Shown: positions 28,136 through 35,930 of the stretch, one piece after another | Numbering within the stretch: position 1 is the first letter of the stretch | Layout: each line of letters starts with the position of its first letter | Source of the DNA: a virus | Taxonomy: Duplodnaviria; Caudoviricetes | Virus record (IMG/VR): IMGVR_UViG_3300030012_002336 | Span: 1 to 64,000 of that record | Length of the DNA stretch: 64,000 nucleotides | Strand: one strand, 5' to 3' | Translations under genes and position numbers: made by a program | Notes under the pieces: model-generated | The model's input: the letters and a program-made list of their open reading frames with translations, nothing else | Databases searched by the model: none | Told to the model about the DNA's origin: nothing

Positions 28136-31119
28136 TATAGTTTAATTATCTTCTTAGTTATTCTTATTTTATCATATGTGATAATCAAATTATACATACC
28201 ATTAGGATAATCTGATAAATCAACTCTTTTTATATTGTCTACTTCAATAATCTCACCTACTATATTGTACAATTCTACATCAATATTTAATCTTGTTTCT
28301 ATTGTAAATGTATTTGCTGTTGGATTAGGGTATACAATAATATCACTACCGGATAGTTCATCAATATTAACTGGCCATCCTTCTTCACAATAATTATACA
28401 TAGATTGACAGGTCTCATCCCATATCTCAGTACAACAATAGTTATCTATATCTATAACCCAAGCATAACAAGGATCGTTTAACCAATAAGGTTCTCCAGG
28501 CCCACCATAGCAACCAGCATCATAAAGACAAATACTATTGTCTGGTAAGTTAACTAGCGGATCATAGTTGTATGCATTAGGATCAGCACATCCTTCTATT
28601 ATAACTACACAGCTACCATCATCAAAGCAAGCATCTTCATCATAGTTTAGTGCAGTGGTATCAGTACAACCTCCAAGATAACAACAAGAGTTATCTAAAG
28701 TATTTGCTAGCGGATCAAAGTTAAGAGCTGTTGTATCTGTACAACCATATACAAATTCTATACAAGTACCATTATCTGTGTTAGCAGCTGGATCATAGTT
28801 AAATGCTGTGCTATCTATACACCCATATATTACAGGTACACATGAACCATTGTCTGTATTAGCTGTAGCGTCATAGTTAAAAGCAGTAGGGTCTGTACAA
28901 CCGTATACTATACCAATACAACTGCCATCATCATCAGTTGCTTCCGGCATATAGTTAATAGCAGCTACACTAGTGCATCCTAGTATTTCAAGCTCATCAC
29001 AAATTCCATCTGAGTCAGCATCATTTATACATATATCACTGCAGTTATAATACTGATCAGGATAAGTACATCCTCCACTATCTGCATTTGCACCTGGATT
29101 ATAGTTGCATGCTGAAGAGTCAGTGCAACCTAAATATATACAAGCACCATCATCCTCATTTGCATCTGCATTGTAGTTCCAAGCTGTATTATCAGTACAC
29201 CCAACTACAAGAGCTACACAAGAATCATCATCTACATTAGCTTCTGGATTGTAGTTAAATGCTAAATCATTTGTGCAACCTTCTACTACAGGTTCACATG
29301 ATCCGTCATCAGTATTTGCATCTTCATTATAGTTAAATGCTGTTGGGTCTAAACAACCAACAACTGTAGGTATACAGTATGTACCACAAAAAGGTATGTC
29401 TATATACTTTGTCCAGAAAGGAGATGTAAAGTTTTGTAGAGCACCTTGACCGTTATCTGCAAATGGATTATAACCTTCATACATTAGTTCAACACCATTA
29501 GCATTAGTTAGCTTAAATGAATTGTGCCAGGTTTGAAACTCTACTTCTTGAGGTGGTTGCTGTGGCCCTCCTACCTCAAAGTAATATACTTCAACTGGCA
29601 CACCTGGATCTAGTATAAGACCAAATGTTTGTTCATAAGATCCTGGGCCCATTGTATATGTACCTATTATGAGACCATTCTGCATAATTCCCAAGTAAGA
29701 ATTACCCCAACCATCACCTCCTGCATCACCTATCCATAGTTCATAGTTGCAGTCTGGAACTAAATCCATTATAGTTGCATTAGGATCATAGTTAAAAGCA
29801 TTTGGGTTAGTGCATCCATAAGTGTGTAATGTAGCACATGACTCATCATCTTCATTAGCTTCCGGGTTAAACTCAACATAGTCATCATCTATACAACCAG
29901 GTATTGCTGGTATAGTAGGACAAGGGTTTGCATTTTGTGCTCCTGAATATAATACATCACCAAAGCCTGCATTATCCATATTCCATAAAGTATCTCCAGC
30001 ACAATCATAAACTACAATTGTGCCATCCATGTTACCACCTGAAGAAGACCCTGCCATACCATCACCATAAGTATCTGTAACAATTAATTCCCATGGTGCA
30101 ATTTGATCTACACAAAAAGTATAAGTATATGTTTGACCTATATCTTGAAAGTTATATGATCCACTAGGCATTTCCATGCCTTGTCCAGAATTGGTAACCA
30201 TTGTCCAACCTGTTTCTCCTGGCCAGTTGTCAAACATAATCTCCATTGTAATTTGATATTGAGATGTAGTATCACAAGATGTTCCTGTGCAAGTACCATC
30301 ATCAAATGTTGCCCATGGGTTATAAGCTATTTGTGTGGGATCTGTACAGCCAGCAATGCATGGAGATGGTGTATAAGCTATTGTATCAGACACAGAACCA
30401 TCTATAAATTCTAATACACAGTAGTGCTCTACACTCCAGTTAGGTGGCATTTGTCCATTACCTGCTATAAATCCAAAGTTATTTACAGGAGCTGGTGGAA
30501 AGCTTATAGGACCTAAACCTTCTTCATTTGATACAAGAATATTAGTTACTTCACAATTAGGATTGTAGTCATCTAATGTCCATTCAAATATTATTTGTGT
30601 TTGTGTTCCACCACCTATACATATATCATATACATTAGATGTAAGAATCCCATCACAACCTGGATACTCACATGAGCCATCATCCACAGTTGCAGCAGGA
30701 TTAAAGTTTATTGCTAAAGAATCTAAACATCCAGCAATAGGGGGTGCACAAGGAGCTATAGTTAATGTATCTACTAATTGTAATCCAAAGTCACCTTCTG
30801 CATAGAATAGTGTATCTTGACATTCATTTTGTATAAGAAACCAACCATCAGTTCCTCCCCATTGAGAAGCTCCAAGACCATCACCATAGTCATCATCTAA
30901 TTCAATAATATACTCTCCTGCTAATACATTTATAACTGTATCATATAGTGTAAGTTCTGCTAGAGAAGAGTCTGTAGCAGCTATAGCAGCACCGCTAATA
31001 TCATATATAGACCATGAAGTTTCTTCTGGATAGTCATCTGTTTGTAGTTGAACATTTATCCAAGATTCTTGCGTAAATACTAGTATTGGTACTAGTAAAA
31101 AGAATATTAGTTTTTTCAT
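28135..31119 (-). CDS. secreted Cys/Asp-repeat protein with T9SS type A sorting domain
   Basis: Sec leader; about 14 GCxDxxAxNY/FxxxAxxDDGxC repeats; C-terminal VYPNP...LYNIVG...DLSDYPNGMY...KKIIKL. Confidence 0.9.
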   Translation of the reverse strand: MKKLIFFLLVPILVFTQESWINVQLQTDDYPEETSWSIYDISGAAIAATDSSLAELTLYDTVINVLAGEYIIELDDDYGDGLGASQWGGTDGWFLIQNECQDTLFYAEGDFGLQLVDTLTIAPCAPPIAGCLDSLAINFNPAATVDDGSCEYPGCDGILTSNVYDICIGGGTQTQIIFEWTLDDYNPNCEVTNILVSNEEGLGPISFPPAPVNNFGFIAGNGQMPPNWSVEHYCVLEFIDGSVSDTIAYTPSPCIAGCTDPTQIAYNPWATFDDGTCTGTSCDTTSQYQITMEIMFDNWPGETGWTMVTNSGQGMEMPSGSYNFQDIGQTYTYTFCVDQIAPWELIVTDTYGDGMAGSSSGGNMDGTIVVYDCAGDTLWNMDNAGFGDVLYSGAQNANPCPTIPAIPGCIDDDYVEFNPEANEDDESCATLHTYGCTNPNAFNYDPNATIMDLVPDCNYELWIGDAGGDGWGNSYLGIMQNGLIIGTYTMGPGSYEQTFGLILDPGVPVEVYYFEVGGPQQPPQEVEFQTWHNSFKLTNANGVELMYEGYNPFADNGQGALQNFTSPFWTKYIDIPFCGTYCIPTVVGCLDPTAFNYNEDANTDDGSCEPVVEGCTNDLAFNYNPEANVDDDSCVALVVGCTDNTAWNYNADANEDDGACIYLGCTDSSACNYNPGANADSGGCTYPDQYYNCSDICINDADSDGICDELEILGCTSVAAINYMPEATDDDGSCIGIVYGCTDPTAFNYDATANTDNGSCVPVIYGCIDSTAFNYDPAANTDNGTCIEFVYGCTDTTALNFDPLANTLDNSCCYLGGCTDTTALNYDEDACFDDGSCVVIIEGCADPNAYNYDPLVNLPDNSICLYDAGCYGGPGEPYWLNDPCYAWVIDIDNYCCTEIWDETCQSMYNYCEEGWPVNIDELSGSDIIVYPNPTANTFTIETRLNIDVELYNIVGEIIEVDNIKRVDLSDYPNGMYNLIITYDKIRITKKIIKL

Positions 31120-31122
31120 ATG

Positions 31123-31446
31123 TTAAAATTTATTAGCAAGTAGTTCATCAATATATGCTTGCACTTCTTTTGCATCTGCCTTCATAGTAAATGATATATC
31201 TGCTTGATATCTTTTTACTTCTTCACCATCATCAAATATTATAATTGTAGGAACTACTGCTATATTATGCTTTTCTTGTTGTTTTGGTTTGTCTGCTATA
31301 TCTACATATGCTATATCACAGTCTACTAAATCATTACACCATTCTACATCATTTGTAGAGTTCCACCCTGCATTATATTGAATAACTTCTACCTGCCCAT
31401 AGACAATAGAAGACATTAAACAAAATATAAAAAATATATTTTTCAT
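31123..31446 (-). CDS. exported thioredoxin-fold protein lacking CxxC
   Basis: Signal peptide; YNAGWNSTN in place of WCxxC; IAVVPTIIIFDDGEEVKR. Confidence 0.75.
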   Translation of the reverse strand: MKNIFFIFCLMSSIVYGQVEVIQYNAGWNSTNDVEWCNDLVDCDIAYVDIADKPKQQEKHNIAVVPTIIIFDDGEEVKRYQADISFTMKADAKEVQAYIDELLANKF

Positions 31447-31724
31447 TTTAATCTATCTATTTTATCCTCTATACGTTTTAAATCTTCTTTTATTTCCTCA
31501 ACATCATCTTGAGTATTTTGAATTGTTAAACGTATATTTTTATCTTTCATATCAAACTCCATTCTTGTCACATCTGGATTTGGTGGTATAGGTAGTTCTT
31601 TAGCCTCAGCAATATCTGCCTGTAGAACAAACCACATACTTACTAAAGTAGTAATTAAAAAACCTATTCCACCAAGTGTCTTTAGGCTTATTTCAAATTT
31701 TGAATCTTCTGATAGTTCTTTCAT
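31443..31724 (-). CDS. single-TM coiled-coil protein
   Basis: TM segment, PIPPNP linker, heptad C-terminus. Confidence 0.75.
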   Translation of the reverse strand: MKELSEDSKFEISLKTLGGIGFLITTLVSMWFVLQADIAEAKELPIPPNPDVTRMEFDMKDKNIRLTIQNTQDDVEEIKEDLKRIEDKIDRLK

Positions 31725-32119
31725 TTTATACCTCCTTTTCTCATATAACCATTACCTGAAAATATAATCATCTTATCTTTATTTGCACCTCCTCTTTTCT
31801 TTGGTGATGACTTAGGCCCTGGATTTGATGTTTTTAATTTTCTTACATTATTTGTCATTGAAGTCAATTGATTTTGATTTTCTAAAAGTTTGTTTTGACT
31901 CTCAATTAGTTGGTTATTGAGTTGAAGTTGTTTAATAATCTCTTTTTGATTATTCATTATAGATTGCTGATTGAGTTCAGCTTGCTCTTGTGGTGTAGGC
32001 ATTCTATTAGGATCTGGTTGTGGGATATTAACAAAATCAGTTATAGGTGGTCTTCCAATTCTAGAAACCTTTCTAGGACTGTCTCCTCCTGTTCTATATT
32101 TTATTGTACGTCTATACAT
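31721..32119 (-). CDS. basic, Gln/Asn-rich protein
   Basis: ATG 32119 likely; YRTGG and MRKGG motifs. Confidence 0.65.
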   Translation of the reverse strand: MYRRTIKYRTGGDSPRKVSRIGRPPITDFVNIPQPDPNRMPTPQEQAELNQQSIMNNQKEIIKQLQLNNQLIESQNKLLENQNQLTSMTNNVRKLKTSNPGPKSSPKKRGGANKDKMIIFSGNGYMRKGGIK

Positions 32120-32507
32120 CCCAATCAACACCTATATTTCCAGTATTTACACCAAATAATTCTGTATTAGGTAAAATTTCTAATACTCTAGAGCTTCCTG
32201 GGTTATTATCTGTAAGGAACGCTAATATTCCATCTGCAAGTTTAAAAGAAAAAGTGCTAGGAAGAGCTCCACTATCATTATTAATTGTAAAACTACAATC
32301 TTTTTTAGTATGTTCAAAGAATGTTCCATTATGGCCAGCTTCTTTAATTGTAACAATTAATTTATTTCCAGCATTGTGTTTTATTATTACATTATTATCA
32401 CACGGTATTGATAGTATATCACTACTATCAGTATCATGAATTATGATAAATTTTGGAAGAGCTGGAGTTAGTTGCTCAAATGATCTTGTGTCTTTACTAT
32501 ATCCCAT
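32112..32507 (-). CDS. hypothetical putative virion protein
   Basis: 131 aa; LPKFII start resembles next gene. Confidence 0.7.
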   Translation of the reverse strand: MGYSKDTRSFEQLTPALPKFIIIHDTDSSDILSIPCDNNVIIKHNAGNKLIVTIKEAGHNGTFFEHTKKDCSFTINNDSGALPSTFSFKLADGILAFLTDNNPGSSRVLEILPNTELFGVNTGNIGVDWDV

Positions 32508-32526
32508 TTTTTAAATTTTTATATTG

Positions 32527-32937
32527 TTAAGCGTTAGCATTAAAATCTATAGCTAATCCTGTTACATTTACAGAAGATGGTATAGTACTTAAATTATCCC
32601 CATCTAATCTTATTACCCCACCATTAGCCCCATCATTTGGATTAGTAGTTCCAACTCCTGCAATAACGTTTGTTAAATCTCTTATTAATCTACCCCTATC
32701 TCCAGCAGCACATGTTAGCTTAATTGCTACATCTTTAATATCTGCACCAATATTAGCATGACCAGCATCTAAACAAATTATACTTACGGTTGTAGTATTA
32801 CTTGACTCTGCTTTTATAAACACTTTATTATTCAATCCAATTGGAACTATTATTGTGTCTCTTAGAGTAGAACCAACATTTGTAGTATGTTTAGCTATTA
32901 AATATTTAGGTAAATGTCTTGTTTTTAACTTATCCAT
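32527..32937 (-). CDS. hypothetical putative virion protein
   Basis: 136 aa; LPKYLI. Confidence 0.7.
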   Translation of the reverse strand: MDKLKTRHLPKYLIAKHTTNVGSTLRDTIIVPIGLNNKVFIKAESSNTTTVSIICLDAGHANIGADIKDVAIKLTCAAGDRGRLIRDLTNVIAGVGTTNPNDGANGGVIRLDGDNLSTIPSSVNVTGLAIDFNANA

Positions 32938-32949
32938 AATTATAAATTT

Positions 32950-33513
32950 TTATAGTACACCATTTGCTCCAGTTGCTCCTCTACGGCCACCGCCTCTAGA
33001 ACCTATAGCTTTATTATATTCAGAAACTTCACTTGCCAAACTTCTTTGTTTTGCTGTATTTCTGCTTTCAGCTGCTGCTCTTGCTACTTCAGATGCTAAT
33101 GCTTGTGATTGATTCCTTTGTACAGTAGCTAGGTCTCTTGGATCAGCTAAACGAACATTAATTGGACTTTTTGCTCCAGGTGGTGTATATTGAACAATAC
33201 CCTTTCCTGGTCCTTTTGCTAGACTAGCAGATTTAAATGTTCTTGGATCTACTCTATTAACTAATTTTGGTAATGGTTCTGGTTTAAATTTTGTTTGTTT
33301 TACATTAGGTTTTTCTAATGTATCTCTTTTAATAGGGTTTCTAGTACCTGCTGTTTTAAACCTCTGAGAAAATTTACTAAAAGGAAGCTTAGTTTGAGGC
33401 TTTATTAGTAACTGGGCATTTAAGTTATTACTTGGTGTAATACTTTGTAATGCATCATTTGTTCTTTGACCATGAGATTGTTTCTCTTGGTTTGCTCTTT
33501 TTCTTGACGCCAT
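32950..33513 (-). CDS. basic low-complexity protein ending GANGVL
   Basis: Lys/Arg-rich; downstream of late motif. Confidence 0.75.
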   Translation of the reverse strand: MASRKRANQEKQSHGQRTNDALQSITPSNNLNAQLLIKPQTKLPFSKFSQRFKTAGTRNPIKRDTLEKPNVKQTKFKPEPLPKLVNRVDPRTFKSASLAKGPGKGIVQYTPPGAKSPINVRLADPRDLATVQRNQSQALASEVARAAAESRNTAKQRSLASEVSEYNKAIGSRGGGRRGATGANGVL

Positions 33514-33536
33514 AACTTTAATTAATTAATTATTAT

Positions 33537-33575
33537 TATATTTGCTTTTCTTATATAGATAATATACAAAAAAAA
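33537..33575. promoter_or_regulatory. face-to-face promoters: host-type (+) and late-type (-)
   Basis: TATATTTG at 33537-33544 (+); TTTTTTTTGTATATTA at 33560-33575 (-). Confidence 0.6.
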
Positions 33576-33584
33576 CTTTGAAAT

Positions 33585-33770
33585 ATGAAAACACATGAAT
33601 TTAAAATAGAATTTCTAACAGATAGTCCACTATTAGGACTACATATGACACAATTTGATAGAAAGAATAGTGATACCTTAAGATGGAATCCAACCATGAA
33701 AATCTCTTTAGGTTTTCTATTTTTTCATTTTACTTACATAAATACAGATTATACAATAGAAAAGGATTAA
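33585..33770 (+). CDS. hypothetical protein
   Basis: 61-aa ORF upstream of RNR. Confidence 0.6.
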   Translation: MKTHEFKIEFLTDSPLLGLHMTQFDRKNSDTLRWNPTMKISLGFLFFHFTYINTDYTIEKD

Positions 33771-33839
33771 ATTTTCACTATATTATTATTACCTGACTAT
33801 CTCAGGTATCTCAATTATTAACTACTAAATACAATAAAA

Positions 33840-35699
33840 ATGGAATTGAATAACAAGATTCTAAGTGATATCACTGTCCATATGAAATATGCACGGTATA
33901 ATCCTGAATTAAAAAGAAGAGAGACCTGGGAAGAACTGGTCACTAGAAATATGAATATGCACCTTAAAAGATATCCTAAACTGTCAGATGATATAAAAGG
34001 GGCCTATGACTATGTACTTGATAAAAAAGTACTACCATCTATGAGATCTATGCAGTTTGGTGGCAAACCAATAGAAATTTCTCCTAATAGAATATATAAC
34101 TGTGCTTATCTTCCTATAGATAGTGTAGATGCATTTAGTGAAACTATGTTTTTACTACTTGGAGGAACCGGTGTTGGTTACTCTGTACAAAGACATCATG
34201 TAGATAAACTACCACTAATTAATAAACCATATAAAAAAAGAACAAGACGTTACCTAATTGGTGACTCTATAGAGGGCTGGGCAGATGCTATTAAGATGTT
34301 AATGAAATCTTATTTAAATGGTAAAAGCTCACGTATAGTATTTGACTATTCAGATATCAGACCAAAAGGTGCTAGACTAGTAACATCAGGTGGTAAAGCT
34401 CCTGGACCACAACCATTAAAAGAATGTATACTTAAGATTACAGGTGTTCTTCAAAATAAAGAAGATGGTGATTCACTTAGTACACTTGAAGCACATGATA
34501 TCATATGTTACATAGCTGATGCTGTATTAGCTGGTGGTATTAGACGTGCTGCTCTTATTAGCTTATTTAGTGCTGATGATGATGAAATGATATCTTGCAA
34601 GTCTGGTGCATGGTGGGAACTTAACCCTCAGCGTGGTAGAGCTAATAACTCTGCTGTTCTTATGAGACATAAGATAACTAAATCTTTCTTTATGGATCTA
34701 TGGAAAAGAGTTGAGTTAAGTAAAGCCGGTGAACCTGGTATCTACTTTAATAATGATAAAGACTGGGGTACAAACCCATGTTGTGAAATTGCTTTACGTC
34801 CTTTTCAGTTCTGTAACTTATGTGAAGTTAATGTAAGTAATATTGAGTCTCAAGAAGATCTTGAACTAAGAGTCAAAGCTGCTGCATTTATAGGGACACT
34901 TCAAGCAGGATATACTAACTTCCACTATCTCAGACCAGTATGGCAAGAGACTACAGAAAAAGATGCACTAATTGGTGTATCTATGACTGGTATAGGATCT
35001 GGTAGAATACTTGGTTATGATATGGAAGCTGCTGCTAAAGTGGTTAATAAAGAGAATTCACGTGTTGCTAAATTAATTGGTATCAGAAGAGCTGCTAGAA
35101 CAACAACAGTAAAACCTGCTGGTACAACATCATTAACATTAGGGACTAGCTCTGGTATACATGCATGGCATAATGATTACTACATTAGAAGAATACGTGT
35201 AGGTAAGAATGAAGCTATATATACATACCTTGCTAACAATCATCCTGCTCTTGTAGAGGATTGTGTGTTCCGTGGTCATGATACTGCTGTAATAAGCATA
35301 CCTCAATCAGCACCTAAAGGTTCTATTCTTAGAACTGAGTCTGCTTTTCAATTGCTTGAAAGAGTAAAAAGAGTGGCAACTGAGTGGGTGAAGACTGGAC
35401 ATAGATCTGGATCTAATACTCATAATGTATCTGCTACTATCAGTTTAAAAGATGAAGACTGGGAGTTAGCTGGTGACTGGATGTGGAAAAATAGAGATCA
35501 TTACAATGGTCTAGCTGTTCTTCCATATGACGGAGGTACTTATACCCAAGCTCCTTTTGAAGATATTTCTAAAGAAAAGTATGATGAAATGGCTAAGTCA
35601 TTAATGGATATTGATCTATCTCAGATCATTGAAGAAAATGATGAAACCAATCTAACAGGAGAGCTAGCATGTGCTGGTGGTAATTGTGAAGTCAAGTAA
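33840..35699 (+). CDS. nrdJ: class II (B12-dependent) monomeric ribonucleotide reductase
   Basis: KYAR..RRETW, YNC, GGIRRAA, TNPCCEI, FCNL, VKPAGT, C-terminal ACAGGNCEV. Confidence 0.93.
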   Translation: MELNNKILSDITVHMKYARYNPELKRRETWEELVTRNMNMHLKRYPKLSDDIKGAYDYVLDKKVLPSMRSMQFGGKPIEISPNRIYNCAYLPIDSVDAFSETMFLLLGGTGVGYSVQRHHVDKLPLINKPYKKRTRRYLIGDSIEGWADAIKMLMKSYLNGKSSRIVFDYSDIRPKGARLVTSGGKAPGPQPLKECILKITGVLQNKEDGDSLSTLEAHDIICYIADAVLAGGIRRAALISLFSADDDEMISCKSGAWWELNPQRGRANNSAVLMRHKITKSFFMDLWKRVELSKAGEPGIYFNNDKDWGTNPCCEIALRPFQFCNLCEVNVSNIESQEDLELRVKAAAFIGTLQAGYTNFHYLRPVWQETTEKDALIGVSMTGIGSGRILGYDMEAAAKVVNKENSRVAKLIGIRRAARTTTVKPAGTTSLTLGTSSGIHAWHNDYYIRRIRVGKNEAIYTYLANNHPALVEDCVFRGHDTAVISIPQSAPKGSILRTESAFQLLERVKRVATEWVKTGHRSGSNTHNVSATISLKDEDWELAGDWMWKNRDHYNGLAVLPYDGGTYTQAPFEDISKEKYDEMAKSLMDIDLSQIIEENDETNLTGELACAGGNCEVK

Positions 35700-35838
35700 A
35701 TTTAGTCCATATTTTTACAAGGACAAAGACGGTAATACAGTCATGACCGTAGCATATCATCTAAAAAGAGGATATTGTTGTGGAAGTGGCTGTAAACACT
35801 GTCCTTTTAAAACAAAAGACCCAAAGCAAAAGCGCTGA
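35686..35838 (+). CDS. DUF5522-like Cys-rich protein (not in ORF track)
   Basis: GTG start overlapping nrdJ end; VMTVAYHLKRGYCCGSGCKHCPF. Confidence 0.8.
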   Translation: MKSSKFSPYFYKDKDGNTVMTVAYHLKRGYCCGSGCKHCPFKTKDPKQKR

Positions 35839-35881
35839 TCATTATCATTATATATATGTAATTGGTAACATTTACTCTCAT
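35807..35881 (-). CDS. 24-aa hydrophobic peptide (not in ORF track)
   Basis: MRVNVTNYIYIMIMISAFALGLLF; ATG 5 nt after late motif at 35887-35897. Confidence 0.5.
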   Translation of the reverse strand: MRVNVTNYIYIMIMISAFALGLLF

Positions 35882-35930
35882 ATAAATAATATACAAATCT
35901 AATATTAAGTATATGTTAAGGAATTGTTAA

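Noticed and set aside
28500-29900. CRISPR or DGR-like DNA repeats
   Set aside because: Repeats are in-frame protein repeats with synonymous divergence; no reverse transcriptase seen
31123-31446. Active thioredoxin serving the RNR
   Set aside because: No CxxC at the active-site position and it carries a signal peptide
25895-33112. + strand ORFs at 25895, 26818, 30181, 31910, 31971, 32104 and 32855
   Set aside because: Antisense to coupled late genes; the His/Phe runs of 25895 mirror Met/Lys codons on the other strand
20686-35699. Introns or inteins in the polymerase or RNR
   Set aside because: Both ORFs are continuous, of ordinary length and without recognisable splicing motifs
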